DNA of 43,051 nucleotides, taken from the IMG/VR virus record IMGVR_UViG_3300036833_000040, positions 1 through 43,051 of that record, one strand, 5' to 3'. Numbering within the stretch: position 1 is the stretch's first letter; each line of letters begins with the position of its first letter. The position numbers were made by a program, and so were the translations under genes. Of the stretch, positions 8,596 to 17,841 are shown one piece after another. Source of the DNA: a virus (taxonomy: Duplodnaviria > Caudoviricetes). The notes under the pieces are model-generated. The model saw nothing but the letters and a program-made list of their open reading frames with translations. It was not told the origin of the DNA and ran no database searches.

Positions 8596-10121
8596 GGATT
8601 GACCTCGATCGATGCATCGACCGTATGAATTGCTCCTGCCAGCTTGACGGCGATCTTCATCGGCCCCGCCATACGCTTAGCACGATCAGCCGCACTCTGC
8701 TGCGACAGTGGCGGGCAATAGATGTAGTAACCCTTTTCCACGAAGTCACCCGTCGTCAGCTTGCCGAATCCGTAGTCAGTCCACACTCCCGGCGCGAGCA
8801 AGCCATCTTCGACGTAGTTGAGCAGGATCTGTTCGGCTGCGGAGATGATCTGGTTCATGCCTGCGTCCGTCTGCGGAACCTTCGTCGCCGTCGTGTAGAG
8901 CAGGTTGAAGATGTTGAGCTGGATCTCAATGGCCAGATTGTCGAGACCGATGATGGTGTCGATGAACTGGTTCGTTGACGTAGTGGTACCCGGCTGGATG
9001 ATCAGCGCACCACCCTGATAGGCCACGAAGACGTTGCAGTTCTTATCCAGCACCGCACTCAGTTGCGTCCGGTTCAGGAACTCGGCCGTCACTCCCGGCT
9101 GCTGTTTATACATCAGCGTGATAACGGAAGAGTTCTGGCTATAGTCCGTAGTGAGGATACGCGCCAGCATCGACACCACCGCGTACGGCGAGGTGGACGA
9201 GAACTGTACGGCGGCGTGAGTCAAAGCCTGCTGCGACAACAGGTAGGCGATATCGGCGCGGCTGGTCGAATCCAGAATCCGCGTATCCTGCGAGGTGATG
9301 CCGTAGAAGTGCTTCGTCGTCATCGCCTGAATTGCCGGAGCTACCTGAAGGTGGTCCGCATCCGTAGCTTCGGGAATCACCATCGCATACCACTGATAGC
9401 CGAAGTTGAGATCGAAGAGATTGACGGCTTCGATTGCCGTCTCCGGATCAGCACCCTGAACCGCGTACGAACCTAGATTGTCAGACGTAACTCCCATCTG
9501 GAACGAGATATCGTCCGGATCGGGGATCATCTCTCCGCTATCACCGGGATCAGGGATCATGATGCGGACTACGTTGACCGAGGTGTTAGCTCCGGCACTG
9601 ACCGTAGAGAATTGGAAGTTGTTGCCATCCCATACGCACGTCGCCTGTACGCCGCCCGTTGACAGAGCCTCATTGATTACTTCGGCTACGCCGTTCAGAT
9701 TGGTCTGCGTACTAAAGTCCAGCGTGTCAACGGTTACCGCTGCGAAGTTATTGACGACAACTTGCAGCTTGCCCGTCGTAATCGGGGTCCAGTTGGACAT
9801 AGCCTGCTGTTCGGTAGTCAGGGTGGCGCCGACGAGAACGCCTGCGGCGGCTGTCTTCACCCACCGCCCGATAAGGATATCGGTTGGTTGCGGGCGCTGA
9901 GCAAACCACAGGGTTGCGGCATCGTACTCGATGCCATCTGATCCGAAAGCCTGACCGACTTCCGAGAGCGAGGAGAACTTGAGCAGGCGGTTGCGGAGGT
10001 CGATCACCTGATTGTTCGTCAGCAGGAGCATCGAGGTCGTGTTTTGCGCCTGCGACGCTGCCGCCGCTACACTCACCTGAACGTTGACGAGGCCGCTGAT
10101 TGGCAGGGCAATGGTTCCCAT
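8592..10121 (-). CDS. tail sheath protein (DUF3383-like)
   Basis: 509 aa; F.Q.PQP...IGRW, TLMYKQ.PGV, KVPQTDAG, KLAGAIH motifs. Confidence 0.92.
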   Translation of the reverse strand: MGTIALPISGLVNVQVSVAAAASQAQNTTSMLLLTNNQVIDLRNRLLKFSSLSEVGQAFGSDGIEYDAATLWFAQRPQPTDILIGRWVKTAAAGVLVGATLTTEQQAMSNWTPITTGKLQVVVNNFAAVTVDTLDFSTQTNLNGVAEVINEALSTGGVQATCVWDGNNFQFSTVSAGANTSVNVVRIMIPDPGDSGEMIPDPDDISFQMGVTSDNLGSYAVQGADPETAIEAVNLFDLNFGYQWYAMVIPEATDADHLQVAPAIQAMTTKHFYGITSQDTRILDSTSRADIAYLLSQQALTHAAVQFSSTSPYAVVSMLARILTTDYSQNSSVITLMYKQQPGVTAEFLNRTQLSAVLDKNCNVFVAYQGGALIIQPGTTTSTNQFIDTIIGLDNLAIEIQLNIFNLLYTTATKVPQTDAGMNQIISAAEQILLNYVEDGLLAPGVWTDYGFGKLTTGDFVEKGYYIYCPPLSQQSAADRAKRMAGPMKIAVKLAGAIHTVDASIEVNP

Positions 10122-10741
10122 TAGCAGTCTCCTTTCTTATGGATCAAAGAGTCCGGAGTTACTTCCCAATCGATCGGCGGGGCATCGGAATAAATCGTTC
10201 CATAGACGCCGCCTACGTCCAACACCGCATAGGTAAATTGTACGGGCCTGCGCAAGTGGACTCCTACATCAACACGACGCTGCCAGCGACCCTTGATCGT
10301 CTCCGAGACCGTGATCTGGTCATCGACGGAGACCAGCTTGACGGGATCGAGGAACTCCGAGTTCTGGCGGATACCCGCACCCATGCGAAGCTCCAGCGCA
10401 CTGTCTCCTGCCGCCGCTCCATAGAAGGTGATCGTCATCTCGATCTCTTGGTTGCGGAAGACGGTATCGCCGTTCGGCAAGCCAGCGCCGGAGAAGTGCT
10501 GAACCACCGGATCCCAATCGCTGATCGTTCGCATGATCGAGAACGCCACCCAACAGGGGCAGGTGAAGTCCGGTATCGGCGGCGGGTCGGGTTGCCATGC
10601 AGGACGCACCAGATCGGGAGAAAGTTGAGTCAGCCCGACGATCCACGCCTGTAGTAGATCCTCCAGCTGCTGGTCAGACAGTACCCCATTCTGATCAACC
10701 GGAATAAGGAAGCCGCCCGTCGCACTCGTGTTGGTAGACAC
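10121..10741 (-). CDS. neck/tail terminator protein
   Basis: NTSATGGFL.P and VRPAWQ..PP motifs; upstream of sheath. Confidence 0.8.
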   Translation of the reverse strand: MSTNTSATGGFLIPVDQNGVLSDQQLEDLLQAWIVGLTQLSPDLVRPAWQPDPPPIPDFTCPCWVAFSIMRTISDWDPVVQHFSGAGLPNGDTVFRNQEIEMTITFYGAAAGDSALELRMGAGIRQNSEFLDPVKLVSVDDQITVSETIKGRWQRRVDVGVHLRRPVQFTYAVLDVGGVYGTIYSDAPPIDWEVTPDSLIHKKGDC

Positions 10742-10744
10742 GAT

Positions 10745-11131
10745 TCAACCCTCCATCGGTGGTGCGTCCTGCAAGTCTTGACTGGTGCAGTACGCCTGCA
10801 CGAAGCCGCGACCATAGTTGGTGTAGTCCTCGACCGTCTCGACCAAGTAATCATCGCCACGCCAGAGAACTAAGTCCGGCAGATAGCCCGCCGTTTGCTG
10901 ACGCAGCCGAAACTGCGTAATGACGAGACAGCTTTTTCTGCCCGTCGCATAATCCTTGGGCCGCTCCTGCATATTCGCGCCCGAGGGCTGGACCACTCCC
11001 GTCGTCGGGATCTGCGTCTCTATCGTCGTTGTTCTCCCCTGATCGCTGACTCCGGATTCACGGCGCACCACCGTAAACGTGTCCATGAAGAGCGGGCTGG
11101 AGAGAACGACATTGACGTCAAGCGACGGCAT
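10745..11131 (-). CDS. head-tail adaptor (closure) protein
   Basis: MP.LDV..VL..P.F.D...V.R, D...W.G..Y.V, YG.GFV motifs. Confidence 0.78.
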   Translation of the reverse strand: MPSLDVNVVLSSPLFMDTFTVVRRESGVSDQGRTTTIETQIPTTGVVQPSGANMQERPKDYATGRKSCLVITQFRLRQQTAGYLPDLVLWRGDDYLVETVEDYTNYGRGFVQAYCTSQDLQDAPPMEG

Positions 11132-11133
11132 CG

Positions 11134-11652
11134 CTACTCACCTCCGCGGCGGTTACGCAGGCTGTAGTTCACCGCATTGCGTAGCTGCCCGGTAACGATC
11201 AGCGGCTTCGTGCCCATGAAGCCCTTGCGGCGGCGACCCTTGATCGTTCCCGGCTTGAGCGGCGTAAAAGCTCCGTTGGTGATATATGCGCGGACGCCCG
11301 CCTGAGCCGTCAGACCCGCCGCATTGAGGCTTTTATCGACCCCACCCTCGTCGCCGTCAAGAGCGGCCGTTGCCCCCTGCGCAAGACGCTTTTGTATGGG
11401 AAGCGTAACCGCATTGACGCCGGGCTGGAGAAACGGACGTGGCGGTATGTTGTTCGCCGGTGATCCACGATCCTGTATGTAGGCCAGCGACGCATTTGTT
11501 ATCCCTCCACCGCTGCGCGACACGCTCTTGTCTTCGGGATAGCCGACGACGACCATACGCCGCGCCAGAGTCGCCATCGCGGCCTTCAACAGCTTCGTGT
11601 TGTCGGTCACGGTTGTGACCTTGTAGTCGAGCAGTGTGTCGTTGTTCACCAC
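11134..11652 (-). CDS. neck protein
   Basis: VGYPE, ITNA.LAYI, IPPRPFL, KPLI.TGQLRN motifs. Confidence 0.78.
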   Translation of the reverse strand: MVNNDTLLDYKVTTVTDNTKLLKAAMATLARRMVVVGYPEDKSVSRSGGGITNASLAYIQDRGSPANNIPPRPFLQPGVNAVTLPIQKRLAQGATAALDGDEGGVDKSLNAAGLTAQAGVRAYITNGAFTPLKPGTIKGRRRKGFMGTKPLIVTGQLRNAVNYSLRNRRGGE

Positions 11653-12230
11653 TTCCCCCCGAAGCGCGGCTGAGGCTGCGGCAGAAATCTTCCTACCGGA
11701 ACATTTGAATTAGGGTTTTGGTTGTACCAGCCCGGGCCAAAGCTCCCCAGCCCCTGCGCGGTCCATGCTGAGGGGTCCAACATGCCATTGCAGGGACACA
11801 CCGAGGCCCAAGCTGGTACGCCTAACTGTATCGGACCAGCGCCGACCAGCCTAGCCATGCGTAAGAATCGTTCCCCGTAGACGGTCAGGTTCCAGTGGCC
11901 GGCACTGGACTCCGCAGCCATACCGGTATCGTAAGAGACGGAGACCGAACCAGCGGCTTCCGAACTGACGACGCCGTGAAGCATGCCCGGAACGCCACCA
12001 GAGCCAGCCGCAGGCATTGCGGCCGCTTCCAGAGCCAGATTGTGTTCGACGAAGAGGACGGTGCCGATGGCCAGCGCCGAACCCCAGCGGCAGGTAAGCA
12101 GGATACTGGCGGCATCGAGCCAGAACTGGATCGATGCATCGGGAAACATCACCGGATCGGAGAACGCAGGAGCGACCGCCCGAAACTCATCCGGGGTCGT
12201 TGGCACCGGAATAGCTCTCGCTCCATACAC
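11646..12230 (-). CDS. head-tail connector (DUF4054-like)
   Basis: FR...PAFSD...FPD, SVSVSYD, WNLT.YG..F motifs; start may be GTG 12206. Confidence 0.85.
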   Translation of the reverse strand: MYGARAIPVPTTPDEFRAVAPAFSDPVMFPDASIQFWLDAASILLTCRWGSALAIGTVLFVEHNLALEAAAMPAAGSGGVPGMLHGVVSSEAAGSVSVSYDTGMAAESSAGHWNLTVYGERFLRMARLVGAGPIQLGVPAWASVCPCNGMLDPSAWTAQGLGSFGPGWYNQNPNSNVPVGRFLPQPQPRFGGKW

Positions 12231-12239
12231 TCTTAACCC

Positions 12240-12611
12240 CTACTTATCCAGTGGTGCGGTTTTGGCGATGTTGCCCGCTAACGTCGGTTGGAGTTCACGA
12301 ACGGGTGGCGCGGTCAGAGTCGTCACCCCATTCGCCTTGAGATAAGCGTGATCGGCCAACTCGACAGGTACATCGTGTCGGCCTGCGGGATAGTGAATAA
12401 TCTCGCGCTCCTGCGTGGTCAGATAGACCTCCTGCGGGAAGATCATCGGCACCAGATCTCCGCTGAATCGCGTCCGCGCCTCCTCCGGAGTCAGAAAGCC
12501 AGCCCGCGAGAAGCTTCCGATGATATTGTTCTTCGCCGGAGCTTCGTTCGGAGACAGTGCCTTGGTCGCATACGCGCCCGTACCTACAGGCTCAGTACTG
12601 GTGATGATCAT
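12240..12611 (-). CDS. phage head-associated hypothetical protein
   Basis: C-terminal Y.AG.H.VP..LADH.Y...NG motif seen in small genes after DUF2184 capsids. Confidence 0.55.
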   Translation of the reverse strand: MIITSTEPVGTGAYATKALSPNEAPAKNNIIGSFSRAGFLTPEEARTRFSGDLVPMIFPQEVYLTTQEREIIHYPAGRHDVPVELADHAYLKANGVTTLTAPPVRELQPTLAGNIAKTAPLDK

Positions 12612-13225
12612 TTCTTCTCCTCGCCCCCGCCGCGATTGTCATACTTCGCCTGTACCGAGGACTCCGCAGGCGTCTTACCTGCTCCCAGCGGGGAGGGAGC
12701 AGTGTGGGTTGATGGATCACCGTGAACGGGTGCGGCAGTGGGACGAGAAGCGGCGGGAGGGAATCTTCCCTGCGCCAGCGCTCTTTGCTTCGCGTCTTCG
12801 TCAGCTTCCTTCTGAAGCGACTCACGCTCCTCGTCCGAGACCCGAACGATGCCCATCAGCTTCGCCTGCTTAACGGCTTCCTCCGGCAGGTTTTCGAGCC
12901 GCTTCGGTGGTGCCTGTCCCGCGTCTTCGGCCTGCTGGTAGGTGATCACGTCGGTGATGGTGTACTTGAGCGTCGTACCCGGATCAGGCGAGAGCCGCAG
13001 CACAGGTAGCCCCGTCTTGTCGTCGTACACCTGCGGATCGGGTGCCGTCATGCTGGACGGAAAGATATGGTCTGAGCGCAACTGGCCCGGACGCGGCTCT
13101 CCGCTCTCTAACGGCGGCAACGTGCCGTGCTCGGCTTGCCTGCTGGCGTGTCTCGCATCTTTCTCCGGTGACTCCTTGCCGCGTGGATTGAATGGTTGCT
13201 GCGCCATAATTTTCTCCTTCGCCAA
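12608..13225 (-). CDS. hypothetical Pro/charged-rich protein
   Basis: about 200 aa ORF in head operon, ATGA-coupled to next gene. Confidence 0.6.
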   Translation of the reverse strand: MAKEKIMAQQPFNPRGKESPEKDARHASRQAEHGTLPPLESGEPRPGQLRSDHIFPSSMTAPDPQVYDDKTGLPVLRLSPDPGTTLKYTITDVITYQQAEDAGQAPPKRLENLPEEAVKQAKLMGIVRVSDEERESLQKEADEDAKQRALAQGRFPPAASRPTAAPVHGDPSTHTAPSPLGAGKTPAESSVQAKYDNRGGGEEKK

Positions 13226-13307
13226 ATGAGGGGCAGCAGCGTTCTATCTGCCGCCACCCCTCTCTAAACCGCTATGCGGTTTTGAATCTCGTTATAGTCC
13301 GTCCCAA

Positions 13308-14372
13308 CTACAATCCGTCCCAGTAGCTCGCAGTCTCTGGATAGACCCACTCCACGACACCCAAGCGGCAATAGTAAGTCGCTTTGTGATAGATCCCTTC
13401 ATACTGAAGCGGTGTACGTTGCAGCAGCGTCATGGGGAAACGGACGCGATCATAAGCCTTGGTGTAAACGATCATGCGGTCGACTGTATGCGGCTGGCCG
13501 AGGACGCCACCCTCACCCGCGCCGGTGAGCCACTTGATGGGAACGATGGTCAGAGAGCCGCTGCCGTTGGAGACGGAGACGTTATTCTCTTCGATATACC
13601 GCTTGATGGACATATTACCGGCCTGCGTCGCCACCTTCGCCGTGGCGATATAGCCGAACTGCTCGGGCGGGATTCCGATGCGGTTCGACATAGTGGACCA
13701 GCCCGAAGCCGCCCACGTCGTCGTCAGCGCCTGATTGAAGTCAGCCAGAACTTCATCCGGAGTCTTGTTTCTCCACTGCGTTCCACCTCCGCTCTGCGCA
13801 CTCGCCGGGAAGTTGGTTCGCATCACTCTGGGGTTGGTTAACAGTCCCGGCTGCGAGAGCGAGAGGTCACCGATGTAGACCTGCTCATCGATATCCATCT
13901 GGTGCTTGAGGTTGATCGCGTCGATCTTGCCCTGATCGATAGGACGGCCAAGCCGGATGGCACTCTCAAGCTCCGGAATCGTGTACTTCAATTCCAGCGC
14001 CCACAGGGTCAGGGGCAGAGCCTGCTTGTTGATATCGAGATCGACGCCAGTGATCTGAGTCGTCGTCTTGCCGATCCACGCCTTGCCCGTACCGACGCCG
14101 TGGCCTGTACCGAGTGAGCCAGCCGAGGCTACCGTCTGCTGTGCGAACGCGGTGAACTCGTCGGCCAACGTGACGTCTTCGCGGAGATCGATATCACGCG
14201 CCCACGTCACGTCGACCAGTGGCAGATGCAGCGTCGGATCGAGACGTTCCAGTTCGCCTACAAGGAATGTTCCCGTAGAGTCGCACCAGCGGCCATCATG
14301 GGTACGGTAACGCTGACCAAGTGGAACTCCATTGGCGTCGAGGGTGCGGCGTGCAGTCTCAAAGGTGAACAT
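13308..14372 (-). CDS. major capsid protein (DUF2184 type)
   Basis: FLVGELERLDP.L..PL..VTW.RDI.LREDV, HQMDIDEQVYIGD, VYPET..Y.DG; GAGGAG RBS. Confidence 0.93.
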   Translation of the reverse strand: MFTFETARRTLDANGVPLGQRYRTHDGRWCDSTGTFLVGELERLDPTLHLPLVDVTWARDIDLREDVTLADEFTAFAQQTVASAGSLGTGHGVGTGKAWIGKTTTQITGVDLDINKQALPLTLWALELKYTIPELESAIRLGRPIDQGKIDAINLKHQMDIDEQVYIGDLSLSQPGLLTNPRVMRTNFPASAQSGGGTQWRNKTPDEVLADFNQALTTTWAASGWSTMSNRIGIPPEQFGYIATAKVATQAGNMSIKRYIEENNVSVSNGSGSLTIVPIKWLTGAGEGGVLGQPHTVDRMIVYTKAYDRVRFPMTLLQRTPLQYEGIYHKATYYCRLGVVEWVYPETASYWDGL

Positions 14373-14411
14373 TTGAATCTCCTCGTTTACAGCGAAATTC
14401 TGAAACTGAGT

Positions 14412-14432
14412 ATTTTCCGGTTTCCGGAAAAT
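14412..14432. repeat. dispersed palindrome copy 2 (ATTTTCCGG-TTT-CCGGAAAAT)
   Basis: immediately after decoration-gene stop, 40 bp upstream of capsid start. Confidence 0.9.
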
Positions 14433-15059
14433 TTACTCGCCAGCACCAGTAGCGCCCGTATGGGCGATAGTGACGACCAGCTCGGCAAGGCCGTTTGAAT
14501 CCGGCTGTCCGTTAAAGTGCGCATTTGCCAGCGGGCCGATACCGGAGACAGCAGAAAAGGTGGCATCGGCTTCAACCGCGAAAGCCTCACCAAACTTCGT
14601 CGGCACACCAGCACAGCGAACGCCGATATAGCCCTCGCGCAGAACATCGACAACGGGTGGCGCGGCGATCTGCGTCATGTCCGAGTTGAGGACGAACGGC
14701 TGTGTCGGATACGCCCGCACGACGACGCCGTAGATCGCAGTCGCAGCCGCGTCAGCGGTGCCGAAGGCGCGAACCGAGTCTCCCGCGTCGGAGACCATGA
14801 CGGCTTGACCGGGAACCAGAAGCTCGCCCGGCTCGATCTTGCAAGGCTCGATCCATTGCGGATGCGTTCTGGTGACGCCGCCCGGTTGCAGGCCGGGCAT
14901 GCGGAAGGTCAACACCATCGGAGAGGTCGCATCGCGAACCTTCCACCGTCCGGGAAGACGACGAAGGACGGGCTTCTTATCGAATACGCGGCTAATGAAG
15001 TCACGAATGGTCTGCATTACGGCTCCTTTACGCTTCGGTACTGCCACTTGTTCGGTCAT
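14433..15059 (-). CDS. capsid decoration/cement protein
   Basis: RMPG..PG.VTR, YG..VR.YP.Q, V.REGYI.V, D.NG.AE; between protease and capsid. Confidence 0.75.
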   Translation of the reverse strand: MTEQVAVPKRKGAVMQTIRDFISRVFDKKPVLRRLPGRWKVRDATSPMVLTFRMPGLQPGGVTRTHPQWIEPCKIEPGELLVPGQAVMVSDAGDSVRAFGTADAAATAIYGVVVRAYPTQPFVLNSDMTQIAAPPVVDVLREGYIGVRCAGVPTKFGEAFAVEADATFSAVSGIGPLANAHFNGQPDSNGLAELVVTIAHTGATGAGE

Positions 15060-15062
15060 GGC

Positions 15063-16469
15063 TTACATGACCCGCTTAGACCAGAACTCGCGGTTGCGTT
15101 CGTTCATCTGCTTGATCGTGAGCGGCCCCGTCGCATCATTCATGCGGGCGCTGCCGTCGAATTGGGTCGCGCTGCGGTTCATCGTCCTCATCTGCGCGGC
15201 TGCGGAGAAGAAGAGGCTGCGCGTATCTCTGACCGAGAGCCGATCCAGCACATCCTGAGTCAGCGCCTTATCGCCGCGCAACTCGGCCAGCATCCTCGCT
15301 CCTGCTGTCGTTGAGGCCGCAATCGACAAAGCCTTCTTGCGCAGCGTTGTGATTGAATTGACCGTATCGCGGGGCTTGGTAGCGCGGTCAAAGGTGGGAA
15401 ACGAGATCCCCGGCGCCAGAACTTCAGCCGCCGCCATCGTCGCCTGAACTGACTCTTCCATGTAGCGCGAGTCGGTCGTCTTGGCGGCATCGGCGCGGGC
15501 TGAGTCAGAGGTCTCTTCGGTTACGTCTTCTTCGTCCGGGTCTCCGTCCTTGGCCTTCCTATCGCCCATCTTCTTGTCACCCGTATCTTCGCCCGTCCCT
15601 TCGAGAGCGGAGAGCCGTGCCTGAATCTCGGCCACCGTACGCTCGCAGGAGGCCAGCCGCTCGGCCAGATCCGTACCCTCTTCGCCTTCCTGATCGCCTA
15701 CGACGCGAAGACTCTTGTCTCCATTGCCGTTCTCGTTCTCGCCGTTGCCGTTCTCATCGCCGTTATCCCCGTCCGGATGGATGTGGATATGCGTCTCGCC
15801 GACGAGGCTTCCGTCATCGGCGGCTTCTTCGATGGCTTCGAGCACCTGTTCGAGTTCGTCCTGATCCTTAGCTCGGAAGGCTCTGCGGATACGATCCTTG
15901 AATGTCGTCTTCGTCTTCATCGCTACCTTCATCTCACCCTCCGCGTCTCGGATACTGCATCTTGGTCCGCATCGCCCCTGATCGACCAGAGCGACGTGAT
16001 TGCCGAGGATATCGACCTGATATCCGATCCCTGCCGACTCTTCTTCATACTCGGCGTCATAGCCACTAGAAACCTCTTCGAGTCCTTCATCGACGACCTT
16101 GCGGATAGCGTCTTTGTCGGTAATGAGCAGGTCTGCGAGAAGCAAGTCATCTTCGACTCCGACGCCCCGCCGCGTATCGAGTACCACGCCTACGGCGAGA
16201 TCCTTCCAGTTCTCCGGCGTTACATCTTCGTCCGGATGATCGAGCGTGACGGGCTTCCCGTTGAAGCTGGCGATAGTCTCGTCACGGAAAACGTCCTTAT
16301 CTCTGCGGTGAATCCTGACCGTTCCGTCAACTCCGTCCGTAACTGGCGTCTCACCCGGCCCATAAAGTTGAACTCCGGTACGACCTATCGGCACGTTACG
16401 GCAGAGCAAAAAGCCTTCTGGAGTTTTGTCGCGGTTCGGTCCAAGCTTGAGCGTCGTAAAGAATCGCAC
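15063..16469 (-). CDS. prohead protease/scaffold (DUF2213)
   Basis: TPEGFLLCRNVPI.RTG, SFNGKPVT.DHP, EVS.GYDA, GNHVALV..GRCG..C; acidic scaffold-like C-terminal half. Confidence 0.92.
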   Translation of the reverse strand: MRFFTTLKLGPNRDKTPEGFLLCRNVPIGRTGVQLYGPGETPVTDGVDGTVRIHRRDKDVFRDETIASFNGKPVTLDHPDEDVTPENWKDLAVGVVLDTRRGVGVEDDLLLADLLITDKDAIRKVVDEGLEEVSSGYDAEYEEESAGIGYQVDILGNHVALVDQGRCGPRCSIRDAEGEMKVAMKTKTTFKDRIRRAFRAKDQDELEQVLEAIEEAADDGSLVGETHIHIHPDGDNGDENGNGENENGNGDKSLRVVGDQEGEEGTDLAERLASCERTVAEIQARLSALEGTGEDTGDKKMGDRKAKDGDPDEEDVTEETSDSARADAAKTTDSRYMEESVQATMAAAEVLAPGISFPTFDRATKPRDTVNSITTLRKKALSIAASTTAGARMLAELRGDKALTQDVLDRLSVRDTRSLFFSAAAQMRTMNRSATQFDGSARMNDATGPLTIKQMNERNREFWSKRVM

Positions 16470-16521
16470 CGCTTAAGTACCCCATAAGGAAAATGCTACG
16501 TCGCGTGTCAATACCCCTTGA

Positions 16522-16542
16522 ATTTTCCGGTAACCGGAAAAT
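16522..16542. repeat. dispersed palindrome copy 3 (ATTTTCCGG-TAA-CCGGAAAAT)
   Basis: in divergent intergenic region upstream of the protease. Confidence 0.9.
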
Positions 16543-16590
16543 GTTATTATTCTCAGCAGTGGCAACCAGCCACAAGGAGCAGTAAAAACT

Positions 16591-16878
16591 TTGAATACAA
16601 CGAACTATTGGCCGTTCTTTCTTACCGCGCTTTTTCCTTCACTGGTCGCGCTCATTGGTATTCTCGTCAACAAGCATGATCTGACTGTATTGCGTACAGA
16701 GATGCGAAGCGGCTTCAGCGATATTCGCGCTGAATTTCGCAACGATGTAACCGACCTGCGCAATGACACGCGGAGCGGCTTGAGCGATGTATCTGGCCAA
16801 ATCCAACATCTAGTCGATCTGCATATCAACCACGAAGGACGTATCGCTGGGGTTGAAGAACGTACCAAGAAGCCATAA
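16591..16878 (+). CDS. N-terminal membrane anchor + coiled-coil protein (moron-like, paralog A)
   Basis: AAGGAG RBS with TTG start, TM helix, heptad repeats, ends HEGRIAGVE; opposite strand with own terminator. Confidence 0.75.
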   Translation: MNTTNYWPFFLTALFPSLVALIGILVNKHDLTVLRTEMRSGFSDIRAEFRNDVTDLRNDTRSGLSDVSGQIQHLVDLHINHEGRIAGVEERTKKP

Positions 16879-16957
16879 GCCCTCCCGCGCCGACTCCTCG
16901 GCAAGCTGGGCCTCTCGCGTGGTAGCGAGGCGTCGCTAGGTAACGCGATAAAAAACG

Positions 16958-16990
16958 ACAGGCATCTCTTTCGAGGGGTGCCTGTTTTTT
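16958..16990 (+). terminator. intrinsic terminator, possibly bidirectional
   Basis: ACAGGCATCTCT-TTCG-AGGGGTGCCTGT then T run; A run upstream. Confidence 0.8.
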
Positions 16991-17049
16991 GGTTACCGGG
17001 GAAAATGTTACTCTCTTGGTTCCACTCAACCTTTACTTGAAGTTTTTCG

Positions 17050-17841
17050 CTAGGGCAATAGTACGGGTTCAGGGTAGCATCTACAATTCGGCCCCTGTCC
17101 CGCGTGGTAGCGCATCCCGTTTCCGCTTGCGATGGGTGGCTGACTCCACAGAATCGTCTTGCCCTCCAGCTTGCGATGATCTTCTCGTACCTGAGCATCC
17201 ATTGCAGTTCGCCAGATGTAAGAGTCAGAGCCTACGTGCTCGGCGCGAACCTGCGTCAGGACGGAGGAGGTACGCGCCGTCTCGGTTCTGGCGATGAGCT
17301 TGGCGCGGCCTACCGTCACCTGACCGGAGCGAAGGATCTCCGGCACGATCTCATCGAGCCTCGCGCCGCCGACTAGAGCCTGCTGTGTCAGCTCGTGGAC
17401 TCTCTGGCCTGCTTCCAGTGGCAGGCTCTTGATCAACGTCACCTGCTCGGCCATAAGCTTCGAGAACGCTACGCCTACCGGAGCCTGCGCCAGTTCGACG
17501 GTGAAGCTCTTGCCGATCTGGTTCGAGAGCGCTTTCCACGAGCGGAGATCCCGCCACCCGACCTCGGCATGCATCCGTTCCGTGACGGCCTGCGCCCACG
17601 GCTCGATGAGGCGGCTGTAGGACTCCAGAGCGCGATACATCTGCTGTTGGTTGCCGAGCGGATTCTGGATGGTGTAGCCGTTGATGATCGAGCCTACCTG
17701 TCGGCCTACGGCGACCAGCGAACGTTGATATTCACGTTCCGCGATTCGCGCTTTGGAAAATCGTAGCTTGGCCGCTTTGCGCATCGCCGCCTGCTGCTGG
17801 CGTTGCGTCATCTGTTGCGCTGGTGGAGTGGAGACAGCCAC
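17050..17841 (-). CDS. minor head protein (Mu gpF/SPP1 gp7-like)
   Basis: RAKLIARTET, YIWRT..D..VR..H, H.GQ..NCRCY.EP. Confidence 0.92.
   Translation of the reverse strand: MAVSTPPAQQMTQRQQQAAMRKAAKLRFSKARIAEREYQRSLVAVGRQVGSIINGYTIQNPLGNQQQMYRALESYSRLIEPWAQAVTERMHAEVGWRDLRSWKALSNQIGKSFTVELAQAPVGVAFSKLMAEQVTLIKSLPLEAGQRVHELTQQALVGGARLDEIVPEILRSGQVTVGRAKLIARTETARTSSVLTQVRAEHVGSDSYIWRTAMDAQVREDHRKLEGKTILWSQPPIASGNGMRYHAGQGPNCRCYPEPVLLP

Noticed and set aside
9517-9560. MIPDP duplication in the sheath gene
   Set aside because: Short in-frame loop duplication with no sign of a wider system
16506-16511. TTGACA on the minus strand upstream of the protease
   Set aside because: No convincing -10 at 16-18 bp; TAGCAT lies only 7 bp away, so it was not called as a promoter
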